Source: Candidatus Velthaea sp.
GTDB taxonomy: Bacteria > Vulcanimicrobiota > Vulcanimicrobiia > Vulcanimicrobiales > Vulcanimicrobiaceae
Assembly (NCBI GenBank): GCA_965214935.1
Contig: CBDCCS010000022.1
Location: forward strand, 704,001 to 768,000
Direction of reading: 5' to 3'
DNA: 64,000 bases
Shown: in pieces, positions 30,386 to 39,294 of the stretch
How the letters are laid out: each line of letters starts with the position of its first letter
Position numbering within the stretch: the stretch's first letter is position 1
The notes under the pieces: model-generated
Told to the model about the DNA's origin: nothing
Databases searched by the model: none
What the model saw: only the letters and a program-made list of their open reading frames with translations
Program-made: the position numbers and the translations under genes

Positions 30386-30411
30386 CTATCACGGACGGTA
30401 ATCACGAAAAG

Positions 30412-30441
30412 AAAGGGCCGAGCTTCGCTTGGCCTTTTTTT
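30412..30441. terminator. Intrinsic terminator (same stem as 17198-17226)
   Basis: AAAG GGCCGAG CTTCG CTTGGCC TTTTTTT. Confidence 0.8.
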
Positions 30442-30479
30442 CATTGGTCGGACTGAGGTTGCCCCGTCGGGTATCCAGC

Positions 30480-31292
30480 TCATAGCCAGAGAGAGATCGT
30501 TGAGGTGAGCTGGCTTTTTGCGAACTCGTTCGGCGTTAGATTGCCGAGCGATGTGTGCGGTCTAGCGGCGTTGTAATCGACGCGCCATTGTTCGATGATC
30601 TGTCGAGCTTCGGCTAGTGACCGGAAAACATTGTCGTTGAGGCATTCATCTCTGAATCGACCGTTGAAGCTTTCGATGAATGCGTTCTGCGTCGGTTTAC
30701 CGGGCTCGATGTAGTGCAATTGTACACGAGTTCGCTTTGCAAAATCAAGCATCGCGTTACTCGTTAGTTCTGTGCCGTTGTCCATCACGAGTGTTGTGGG
30801 ATATTCACCGCGCTCATTCGCAATTCGATGCAGAACGCGTGCAACACGAGAACCACAAAGCGATGTATCAACCTCGATCGCAAGCGCTTCACGCGTGAAG
30901 TCGTCGACGATGTTAAGAGCTCGAATGCGTCGGCCGTTCTGCAAGGTGTCATGAACGAAGTCGAGCGACCACCTTTCATTAACCCGTGTAACCATCGGCG
31001 CGGGCTCGCCGCGGCCGAGAGCAACGCGGCGCTTAAGCCGCTTGCGTACTTGAAGCTTCGCCGCTGCGTAAAGCCGGTAGATGCGTTTGTGATTGGCGAT
31101 AATTCCCTCGCGCCGCAAGAGTACGCCAAGTCGCCGATATCCAAAGCGCCGGCGTTGCATCGCAATGTCGTGTAGTCGCTCAAGAATCTTTGGATCTTCA
31201 CTTCGGATCACCAACTTGCGCCGGTATGTCCGCCGATTGCAGCTTACGACTATGCAGGCTTTGCGTTCGCTCAGCCCGATTGTTTCTATCAC
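30480..31292 (-). CDS. IS3 transposase OrfB (DDE integrase core)
   Basis: [36 protein letters not shown]. Confidence 0.93.
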   Translation of the reverse strand: MIETIGLSERKACIVVSCNRRTYRRKLVIRSEDPKILERLHDIAMQRRRFGYRRLGVLLRREGIIANHKRIYRLYAAAKLQVRKRLKRRVALGRGEPAPMVTRVNERWSLDFVHDTLQNGRRIRALNIVDDFTREALAIEVDTSLCGSRVARVLHRIANERGEYPTTLVMDNGTELTSNAMLDFAKRTRVQLHYIEPGKPTQNAFIESFNGRFRDECLNDNVFRSLAEARQIIEQWRVDYNAARPHTSLGNLTPNEFAKSQLTSTISLWL

Positions 31293-31324
31293 CGCCCGCG
31301 CAGCTCGTCGCCGCTCCGCGGGCG

Positions 31325-31591
31325 TTAGAAGTTTCCCGAGGCGATCAGTTTTAGCGCGTCGATCTCGAGCGCAGAATCGGCCAGCAATCTTTTTAGTCGA
31401 CGATTCTCGTCCTCAAGCGATCGCATCTTGGCGACGTCGCTAACCTCCATGCCGCCAAACTTCGACTTCCAAGCGTAAAACGTCGCCGAGCTGATGCCAT
31501 GCTTGCGACACAGTTCAGCCGTTTTTGCGCCGGCCTCGGACTCTTTGAGGATGCCTACAATCTGTTCTTCGGTAAAGCGCGATTTCTTCAC
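31325..31591 (-). CDS. IS3 transposase OrfA
   Basis: [15 protein letters not shown]...[21 protein letters not shown]; slippery G_GGA_AAC at 31337-31331. Confidence 0.93.
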   Translation of the reverse strand: MKKSRFTEEQIVGILKESEAGAKTAELCRKHGISSATFYAWKSKFGGMEVSDVAKMRSLEDENRRLKRLLADSALEIDALKLIASGNF

Positions 31592-31912
31592 GGAAGGAGA
31601 CTCCCTATCGGGCGATTTCGCCCCGGAATTCTCCGGTTATGGGCGGGATACTTTCAAGGGGCGGCGTCAGGACTTGCATTCATTCAATGTGAAATTCACA
31701 TGGATACGTTTTCATATTTGCTTTGATTCAATGTGAAATTCAGCACGCCAGAATTAATGTCATCGTGGTTGCGTCTAATTGTTTTGGGCAAGAAAAAACC
31801 CCGCTATAGCGAGGCTCTTTCTCTTACGGTTTCGACGTTTTGCGGCGACTTTCACATTGAATCGCCTTTTCACACTGAATACGCGAATTCGACTATTCAG
31901 CGTGAGACAACA

Positions 31913-32374
31913 CTAGAACGGAATCTCGTCGTCGAGTTGCTCTTCGTCGAGGCTTGCGCTGGAACCGTTCGTGCGGTTCATCGAGCGGACGTTGTCGTAC
32001 GAACCGCCATCACCGTTCGATCGCGGTGCACCGCCGCCGCCGCCGCGGCTATCCAACATTTGCATATTGTCGATCACGACTTCGGTTGCTTTGCGTTTAT
32101 TGCCGTCTTTGTCGTCGAACGAGCGGATAACGAGCCGGCCCTCAACCAGCACGCTCATGCCTTTTTTCAAATACGTGTTGCACGTTTCAGCGAGCTTGTA
32201 GTTGCCGTTGTCCCATGCAACGATATCGACGAACGTGGTTTCATCGCCGTTCTTCGATTTGCGGTTGACCGCGAGCGCAAACTTCGTGACCGCCGAGCCG
32301 GACTGTACGTAACGGATCTCAGGATCGCGCGTAAGATTACCGACTAAAATTACTTTATTATAACTGCCTGCCAT
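31913..32374 (-). CDS. ssb: Single-stranded DNA-binding protein
   Basis: YNKVILVGNLTRDPE; C-terminal DDEIPF. Confidence 0.97.
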   Translation of the reverse strand: MAGSYNKVILVGNLTRDPEIRYVQSGSAVTKFALAVNRKSKNGDETTFVDIVAWDNGNYKLAETCNTYLKKGMSVLVEGRLVIRSFDDKDGNKRKATEVVIDNMQMLDSRGGGGGAPRSNGDGGSYDNVRSMNRTNGSSASLDEEQLDDEIPF

Positions 32375-32453
32375 GACGTACCTCCGGATGCTGCCGGCGC
32401 AGCGATTGCGCGCGGCAGAGATGCCAATGGGTGGCGGACCGTCTCGCGATCGA

Positions 32454-32747
32454 TTAGTCGTCCAAACGGATGAGCAGCGAGCGCATCACATCTTCGCTCA
32501 AGCGCATTTGGCGCTCGAGTTCTTTTGCTTGTGCCGCTTCGCTCTTAAATTTCATCACCACGTAAAAGCCTTCGCGCGTGTCGTCGATCTCGTAAGCTAA
32601 GCGACGCTTGCCCATTTTCTCGATCTCGCCGACGAGTTCGCCGCCGTTGTTGGTCAGCACTCCGGACAGCGTCGAGATGCGCTCGTCGATCTCGGCCTCT
32701 TCCAGGCTCGGCTTCAAAATATAGGTGACTTCGTAATCGATCGCCAT
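32454..32747 (-). CDS. rpsF: 30S ribosomal protein S6
   Basis: YEVTYILKP, GKRRLAYEI, VMRSLLIR. Confidence 0.96.
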   Translation of the reverse strand: MAIDYEVTYILKPSLEEAEIDERISTLSGVLTNNGGELVGEIEKMGKRRLAYEIDDTREGFYVVMKFKSEAAQAKELERQMRLSEDVMRSLLIRLDD

Positions 32748-32869
32748 GGTGGTCCTTCTCTGGACGCCGGCAGTGCCGGCGGCCCACCCTCATGAGGCGG
32801 GCAGCAGGAAGCGGGCAAAGACGCCCGCGCAACCCGGGGATTGTATCACGCCGGGGACTCGTTGAACAA
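32748..32869 (-). promoter_or_regulatory. rpsF promoter and structured leader (possible S6:S18-type autoregulatory RNA)
   Basis: Extended -10 TGATACAAT (32848-32840); hairpins GCCCGCC..GGTGGGC and GCCGGCA/TGCCGGC; pyrimidine run CTTCCT partly complementary to the SD region. Confidence 0.45.
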
Positions 32870-32879
32870 GGCGAAGCGG

Positions 32880-34280
32880 CTATCCACCGCCGCCGCCCGG
32901 CGCCAAGAGATCGAAGGCACCTTGCGCGGCGATGCGTTCGCCGCCGCGCAGACCGCTTTCGACCAGCGACCGCTGTTCGTCGCCGGCTGCGATGCTGATT
33001 TCACGCGAGATGAACTTCTCCGTGCGATCTCCCTGGCGCTCGCGTATGAAGACGATCGACTTGCCGGTCTGCGGGTCTTCGACGATCGCGCTGGTCGGAA
33101 TGACGATGCCGCGCCGCATGCCGATATCGATCGTAGCTTCGACGGCATCGCCGGGGATCGCGCCCGCCGGCACGCCGGAGACCACGATCGTACTCGTTTG
33201 GGTCGTCGGATCGACGCTGGGCACGACGCTGCGCACACGGCCCGTCGCCGACCGGCCGCGGCTTGCGATCCGGATCGCGACTGCATCGCCGGCGCGCACG
33301 TCACGTGCCGCGTCACCGCCGACCGTGAGCGTGATCGTCGAGGTCGACGGCGGGCCGACCACGATCGCCGGCTGCGTCGGATCGACCGCTTCTCCGGCAT
33401 GCTTAAGGATCGACATGACGACGCCGTTGCTCGGGGCACGCAACGTTGCGAGTTCCAGATTGCGCTGCGCGGCGGCGTAGCGCGTCCGGGCCGCTGCGGC
33501 TTGCGCGCCCGAGACCCCCGCTTGCGCTTGCGCCGCGCGCACGTCGCTTTGCGCCTGCGCGCTATCCGCCCGCGCTTGCGTGATCGCCGAGCCGATATTC
33601 GCGCCGGCGCTGGCAGCTTTGGCGCGATTCGCATCGGAGTCGGCTTGATCGAAGACGAGCTGCTGCCGCGCCGCGTCGACATCTTTGCGCGCCGCAACGC
33701 CGCCGTTGAAGAGCGTCGTTTCGCGGTCGAGTGCGCGCTGATCGTTGGAAAGCTTGTTTTCCGATTGGCGCACCGCGGCGAGCGCGGCCTCGCGATCGCT
33801 TTGCGCGCTGCCGGTTCCGCGTCCGAGTGCGGCAAGCCGATCGTTCGCGGCAACGAGCCGCGCTTGGGCACTGGCCAACGCGCGCGCCGGAACGCTGCCG
33901 CCGCCGTAACTTGCCGCCGCCGAGCCGGCATCAATCTTGGCTTGCGCGAGGTCGAGCGCCAAGCCGCTCGTATCGAGCGCCGCTAGGCTCTGGCCGGCAA
34001 CGACCGTCTGACCGACGTGCGCGTCGATGCGTGCAACGATGCCGGCATTGGCGAAGGCGAGCTTCGCTTCGCTGCCGGACGGCGCGCCGACGCGGCCTTG
34101 CGCGCGAATACGCGTGGTGTACGGCCCGAAGACCGCCCGCGCCAGCGGAACATCCGGCGCCGACGTCGCGGTCTCCGGCGCAGCCGTCGACGTCGTGCGA
34201 TGCGTGAACCAAAGCAGCCCGCCGACGATTGCCACGACCGCGATGCAAGCGATGAGCACCATGCGCACGCGGCGATTCAC
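32880..34280 (-). CDS. RND efflux periplasmic adaptor (membrane fusion protein)
   Basis: N-terminal TM helix, KLAFANAGIV, long Ala/Gln coiled coil, LRAPSNGVV, IPTSAIV. Confidence 0.9.
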   Translation of the reverse strand: MNRRVRMVLIACIAVVAIVGGLLWFTHRTTSTAAPETATSAPDVPLARAVFGPYTTRIRAQGRVGAPSGSEAKLAFANAGIVARIDAHVGQTVVAGQSLAALDTSGLALDLAQAKIDAGSAAASYGGGSVPARALASAQARLVAANDRLAALGRGTGSAQSDREAALAAVRQSENKLSNDQRALDRETTLFNGGVAARKDVDAARQQLVFDQADSDANRAKAASAGANIGSAITQARADSAQAQSDVRAAQAQAGVSGAQAAAARTRYAAAQRNLELATLRAPSNGVVMSILKHAGEAVDPTQPAIVVGPPSTSTITLTVGGDAARDVRAGDAVAIRIASRGRSATGRVRSVVPSVDPTTQTSTIVVSGVPAGAIPGDAVEATIDIGMRRGIVIPTSAIVEDPQTGKSIVFIRERQGDRTEKFISREISIAAGDEQRSLVESGLRGGERIAAQGAFDLLAPGGGGG

Positions 34281-37200
34281 GAGCCGACCTCCAAACCGAA
34301 AACCGCCTGCGCCTGCAGCCGGTCGTAGCGCGCCGACACCGCATCGACGACGGCTTGCACGTACGTCGCGCGCGACGTACTCAAATCGAGACTCGTCGAT
34401 CCGCCCCGGTCGTAGCCGAGCATTGCCGCGTCGAGTTCCGCCTGTGCCGCGGCGAGCGCGGCGTTCGATGCCTGCTCGGCTTCGATCGATGCCGTCGAAG
34501 TCCGCGCCGCTGCGCCGACTTCGAGCGCGACCGTGCGCGCGACGGCGACGCGCCGCGCTTGCGCAATTTCGAGCAGGGCTGCTTGCGCGTGAATCCGCGA
34601 TGCAATCGCTCCGCCGACCGGCAAGACGACTTGTGCGGTCAAGGTCGGGCCGTTCGCGGGAAAGCCCGAATCAATACCGCGATTATACCCTGCACCGAGC
34701 GTAATTGGCGGAATAACCGCGCGCCGCGCGGCGCTAAGCCCGGCTTCCGACGCGCGTACGTTCGTGTCGGCGGAGCGGATATCGGCCCGCTGCCCGAGCG
34801 CACGCCGAACGGCCTCGTCGGGGGACGGCACGGCGCCGGCCGGCTCGGCGGCTACCGGCATGGTCAGCGCTAGCGCCGCCGGCGGCCGGTCGATCTCGCG
34901 CGCGAGCGTATCGGTCGCCGAACCGTCGGTTGCACGCGCGTTCGCGGCATCGGCCTGCGCGCGCGCCAGCGCGACTTGGGCGCGCACGACATCAAGGCGC
35001 GGCACGTCGCCCGCAGCGAACCGCTTTTGCGCGGCATCGACTTGACGCTGCGCCGAACCAACCGCATCGGCGCGCGCACCGGATACTGCCCGCGCCTTGA
35101 GCGCGGCATAATAGTAGCCGATCGCGCGAATGCGCTCGGCACGTTCGGCGACCGCTTCATCGGTTTCCGCCGCGCCTACCGCTGCGGCGGCCTGGCGAAT
35201 CAACGGGACGTACGTCGTACGATCGCCGAGCGTTATCTGCGTTCCGTAGGACGTCGTACGCTGCGCGATCGTCCCTTCGGGCGAACCTTGCGGCACTTCG
35301 GAATACCCGCCGAAAAATTGCAAGCCGGACGTGCCGCGCGCGATGCCGAGCGTTGCGCGCGCGTTGTCAAGCGTCGCGCGCGCGATGCGAACGTCGGGCG
35401 ATGCGACGATCGCTAAGTTTTGCGCCGCGCCGACATCGATCCGATCGAAGGCGAACGCGCTCGCCGTGTCTTGCGCCAGCACCTCGTGCGGCAGCAACAG
35501 GAGCAATGCAAATAATGGAAAGGCAGCCACGTGCATGGCACGCGAACGGCGCGGCGTCCCGAGAAACGTTGCGTACAAGATCGGGATTACGACGAGCGTA
35601 AACAGCGTCGCGGTCGACAGCCCGCCGATGACGGCGATCGCGAGCGGCCGTTCCATCTCCGCGCCCGATCCTAAACCCAACGCCAGCGGAAAGAGACCGC
35701 CGATGGCCGCTAACGTCGTCATGACGATCGGCCGCAAACGCGTCGAGCCCGCTGTTAGTAACGCCGTCGTGACATCGTCACCTTGGGCACGCCGTTTATT
35801 CGCAACATCGATAAGCAAGATACCGTTCTTTACGACGATACCGACGAGCAACAATAATCCCATGAACGAAGACACGTTGATCGGTGTACGAGTGATGAAG
35901 AGCGCGAGCGCGACACCGATGAGCGCCAGCGGAATCGCACATAAGATGACGAGCGGCAAGCGGAACGAACCGAACGTTCCGAGCATGACGCTAAAGACGA
36001 GCACGATCGCGATGGCAATCACGCTGAGAAACTCGTGAAATGATGCTTGCTGCGTTTCGTACGCGCCGCCGATCGTGGCCGTGTACCCCGGCGGCAGCCC
36101 AAGCCGGCTCAACGCGTCTTTGAGCCCGGCGACGACCGCCGACAACGAGGCGCCCTCAATATTTGCCGTGACCCGGTCAATCCGGCGGCCGTTCTCTTCG
36201 TTAACGTCGCTGGCTCGCGCCGGAATGTCGACGCGTGCCAGTGCGCCAAGCGTTGTCGCTCCGTTTTTGGTTAACACCGACGTTGCATCGATCGCACCGG
36301 CATCGGGCGTGCTTCCGGCGACCCGTACGTTGACCGGAATCGTCGCGCTTTCACCCGGAATCTGCGTTGCAACCGCTCCTTGCGCGTGCGCCGATAAGGC
36401 ATCGCCGAGATCCGTGCCGTTGATGCCGAGCGCACCGAGGCGCGCGGTTTGCGGCGCGATGCGCAGCGACGGATCGTCGAATACGACACCGTCGAACGAG
36501 TCGACGACACCGTGCACTTTAGCGATCGCATCGGTCGTTCTGTCGGCGTAGTCGATGAGGCGGTTTTGATCGGGGCCGACGATGGCAATCTCGACCGGTT
36601 GCGGCGCGCCCGACAGATCGTTGATTTGATCTTCGAGCAGTTGATGGAAATCGAGACTTGCCGCCGGAACCGCATCACTAAGCGCGTTGCGTAAGCGTTC
36701 GGCAATCGCGTCGTACGTCGCGCGCTTTCCGCTCGTCAAAGCAACGCGTAGCGTCCCGACGTTGGCTTGCGTCGGTGAAAAGCCGTTCGTGTCGATCCCC
36801 GTCAGCCGGCCGACGCTAACGACATCCGGATCGCGCAGCACAACCTGCTCCATTCTGCCGGCGGCCTCGTCGCTGCCGTTTAACGTTGCCCCGGCCGGCA
36901 ACGTATACTTCACCTCGAATTCGCCTTCGTCGAGTTTCGGCAAAAAATCGCTGGGCAGTTGAGCGAGTAATACGACGGTCGTTACAAGAACCGCCGCCGC
37001 GCCGGCGTAAACGGCACCACGGTGACCGAGCGCCCAGCGTAAGACCGGTTCGTAACGCTCGTGCAAACGGTCGCGCCGTTCTTCGTGCGGCATCGAACTA
37101 CCGAGTAGCGCCCGAGCGATCACCGGCGCAACGCCGATTGCCAACAACAGCGAAACGATAAGCGACGCGGACAGCGTAAAAGCCAGCGCGCGAAAGAAGA

Positions 37201-38572
37201 AACCGGTGACGCCCGATAACAATCCGAGCGGAACAAAGACGACGACGGTGGTCAGCGTCGAAGCCGCCATCGCACCGGCAATCTTACCGACGGCATCGGC
37301 GATCGTTCGTGCACGCGGTGCTTGCGGGTCGTCGGCGATGCCGCGCGCGATGGCTTCGATCACGACGATCGTATCGTCGATGATGAGCCCGACGGCAATT
37401 GCTAAGCCGCCCACACTCATGAGATTGAGCGACTGGCCCGCGCGTTCGAGCACGAGCAGCGCGATCGCTAACGCAAGCGGGATAATCGCAGCAGCGACCA
37501 GCGTCATACGGACGCTGCGCAAGAAGAGATAAATGACGATAACGGCCAGCAATGCACCCAGCAGAATCGCATCGCGCAGCGATGTTTGCGAGTCGACGAT
37601 GAGCCGCGTCTGGTCCCAGTATTTAACGACGCGCACGTCGGCAGGCAACGCGGATCGGACGGCGCTTAGCCGCGTTTCGACGGCATGCGCCAGGCTGACG
37701 GCATCGGCACCCGCGAGCGGAAAGGCGTTGAGGACAACGCCGTGTTTGCCGTCGACGGCAGCTTGATCGACGATGGGACCGACACCCAAACGTACGGTTC
37801 CGAGTGAACTCAACAACACCGTACCGCCCGCTTTGAGCGGTATTCCGATCGTCCCAAGCGACCGCGCGTCGTGAATCGACGCATCGATCAAAATTACGAA
37901 ACGCTGATGGTACCGTTCGGCCGTACCAACGGACACCACCGTACTCGCGTCGCCGATGGCCGTCGCGACGTCGGCAGCCGCAAGGCCGACCGCCGCGAGC
38001 GAGCCCGGATCCAGTTCGACTCGATATTCTATCGGCGGACCGCCGACAACCGACATTCGGCCCAAACCGGGCGTACCGGCAAACGCCGGGACAACACGCG
38101 TCGTCACGAACGCATTGAGCGCCGCTTGCGACAGCGCGCGCGACGTCATGCCGTACGAAACGACCGGCTCGGCATTCGGATTAACGATGACCGCCTCGAT
38201 CTTACGCGCGGCCGGTAGCGTCGGTTGCAGCGATGCAATTGCGGATTGCACGTATTGCAAATCGATGCGCGGATCGGTACTCGTATCGAAATCGACGACG
38301 ATTTCAGCCGAACCCTGCGTCGAGTTCGCCCGCACGCGAGTCGCCGACGGTAACGTTCCGAACGCCGTCTCCAGCGGCCGGGTGACCGCCACCCGAACTT
38401 GTTCGGGTGTCAGATCGCCGGCGTCGGCAACAACATCGATCCGGGCGAACGACATCGCCGGAAAAATACTTTGCGGCGCAATCAGGTACGATCGAATTCC
38501 AAAAGCGGCTAGAACGAGCGCGACGAAGACGATGACCTTGGCGCGGCCAAGGACGACTTGAGCTACTTTCAC
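34277..38572 (-). CDS. CusA/AcrB-like RND permease fused to a TolC-like outer-membrane factor
   Basis: GLIIDDTIVV, GIVVKNGILL, RLRPIVMTT; the C-terminal ~420 aa has outer-membrane-factor repeats (RFAAGDVPRLDVVRAQ, YDRGGSTSLDL). Confidence 0.9.
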   Translation of the reverse strand: MKVAQVVLGRAKVIVFVALVLAAFGIRSYLIAPQSIFPAMSFARIDVVADAGDLTPEQVRVAVTRPLETAFGTLPSATRVRANSTQGSAEIVVDFDTSTDPRIDLQYVQSAIASLQPTLPAARKIEAVIVNPNAEPVVSYGMTSRALSQAALNAFVTTRVVPAFAGTPGLGRMSVVGGPPIEYRVELDPGSLAAVGLAAADVATAIGDASTVVSVGTAERYHQRFVILIDASIHDARSLGTIGIPLKAGGTVLLSSLGTVRLGVGPIVDQAAVDGKHGVVLNAFPLAGADAVSLAHAVETRLSAVRSALPADVRVVKYWDQTRLIVDSQTSLRDAILLGALLAVIVIYLFLRSVRMTLVAAAIIPLALAIALLVLERAGQSLNLMSVGGLAIAVGLIIDDTIVVIEAIARGIADDPQAPRARTIADAVGKIAGAMAASTLTTVVVFVPLGLLSGVTGFFFRALAFTLSASLIVSLLLAIGVAPVIARALLGSSMPHEERRDRLHERYEPVLRWALGHRGAVYAGAAAVLVTTVVLLAQLPSDFLPKLDEGEFEVKYTLPAGATLNGSDEAAGRMEQVVLRDPDVVSVGRLTGIDTNGFSPTQANVGTLRVALTSGKRATYDAIAERLRNALSDAVPAASLDFHQLLEDQINDLSGAPQPVEIAIVGPDQNRLIDYADRTTDAIAKVHGVVDSFDGVVFDDPSLRIAPQTARLGALGINGTDLGDALSAHAQGAVATQIPGESATIPVNVRVAGSTPDAGAIDATSVLTKNGATTLGALARVDIPARASDVNEENGRRIDRVTANIEGASLSAVVAGLKDALSRLGLPPGYTATIGGAYETQQASFHEFLSVIAIAIVLVFSVMLGTFGSFRLPLVILCAIPLALIGVALALFITRTPINVSSFMGLLLLVGIVVKNGILLIDVANKRRAQGDDVTTALLTAGSTRLRPIVMTTLAAIGGLFPLALGLGSGAEMERPLAIAVIGGLSTATLFTLVVIPILYATFLGTPRRSRAMHVAAFPLFALLLLLPHEVLAQDTASAFAFDRIDVGAAQNLAIVASPDVRIARATLDNARATLGIARGTSGLQFFGGYSEVPQGSPEGTIAQRTTSYGTQITLGDRTTYVPLIRQAAAAVGAAETDEAVAERAERIRAIGYYYAALKARAVSGARADAVGSAQRQVDAAQKRFAAGDVPRLDVVRAQVALARAQADAANARATDGSATDTLAREIDRPPAALALTMPVAAEPAGAVPSPDEAVRRALGQRADIRSADTNVRASEAGLSAARRAVIPPITLGAGYNRGIDSGFPANGPTLTAQVVLPVGGAIASRIHAQAALLEIAQARRVAVARTVALEVGAAARTSTASIEAEQASNAALAAAQAELDAAMLGYDRGGSTSLDLSTSRATYVQAVVDAVSARYDRLQAQAVFGLEVGS

Positions 38573-38616
38573 GAACCGTCCGAGCGTGCCATATCAAAAT
38601 GACGACAGCATGAACC

Positions 38617-39294
38617 GTGCGCATTCTCTTTGTTGATGACGACGAACGTTTAACCAACGTCGTTCGGCGCGGACTGGCCGAATCCGGACACGTCGTCGAT
38701 TGCGCGCACACCGGCAGTTCCGGTTTACAGTACGCGATGGATCGCGCCTACGATGCAATCGTCCTCGACATCATGTTACCGGAGCTCGACGGCTTTACGA
38801 TCGTGCGGCGATTGCGCGCCGGCGGCGCGACCACACCGGTGCTATTTTTAACCGCGCGCGATGCGCCCGAAGACACGATTGCGGGACTCGATGCGGGCGC
38901 CGACGATTACCTTCGCAAGCCGTTCGTCTTCGGCGAACTCGAGGCGCGGCTGCGTTCGATATCGCGGCGCAGTGCACCGATTGCCAAGTCCGTACTAGTC
39001 GTGGGCGACCTGACATTCGACGTCGGTACGCGCCGCGCGCAACGCGGGACACGCGCGATTGATTTAACCGCCCGCGAAGCGGCGTTCTTGGAATACTTCA
39101 TGCGCCATCCGGGACGGGTTCTGACTCGAACGCTCATCGAGGACGCGTTGTGGAGCGTCGATAAAGCCAATGCGTCGAACGTTGTCGATGTGTACGTCCG
39201 GCGTTTGCGTACGAAGCTCGAAGCAAACGGCGAAGTTCGCTTGCTTCACACGCTGCGCGGTGCCGGCTATCGCATCGAGCCGCCGCGTTCGTGA
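38617..39294 (+). CDS. OmpR-family response regulator (CusR-like)
   Basis: VDDD, LDIMLP, GADDYLRKPF, SNVVDVYVRRLRTKL. Confidence 0.93.
   Translation: MRILFVDDDERLTNVVRRGLAESGHVVDCAHTGSSGLQYAMDRAYDAIVLDIMLPELDGFTIVRRLRAGGATTPVLFLTARDAPEDTIAGLDAGADDYLRKPFVFGELEARLRSISRRSAPIAKSVLVVGDLTFDVGTRRAQRGTRAIDLTAREAAFLEYFMRHPGRVLTRTLIEDALWSVDKANASNVVDVYVRRLRTKLEANGEVRLLHTLRGAGYRIEPPRS

Larger units (their letters stand above)
30454..31669 (-). mobile_element. IS3-family insertion sequence (IS407-like), 1216 bp
   Basis: TG...CA ends; imperfect inverted repeats TGAGGTTGCCCC..GTATCC / TGACGCCGCCCC..GTATCC; 4-bp target duplication GGAC at 30450-30453 and 31670-31673. Confidence 0.93.
30376..31921. repeat. 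Element-end repeat, copy 2, interrupted by the IS3 element
   Basis: Removing 30454-31673 restores colinearity with 17160-17484. Ends in CTAGAACGG, which overlaps the ssb stop. Confidence 0.88.

Noticed and set aside
31733..32347. 204-aa ORF similar at its N-terminus to 17302-17490
   Set aside because: The similarity comes from the DNA repeat, and the remainder is antisense to ssb.
32841..33986. 381-aa plus-strand and 362-aa minus-strand ORFs over the efflux adaptor
   Set aside because: Arg/Ala-rich alternative frames of the membrane fusion protein gene.
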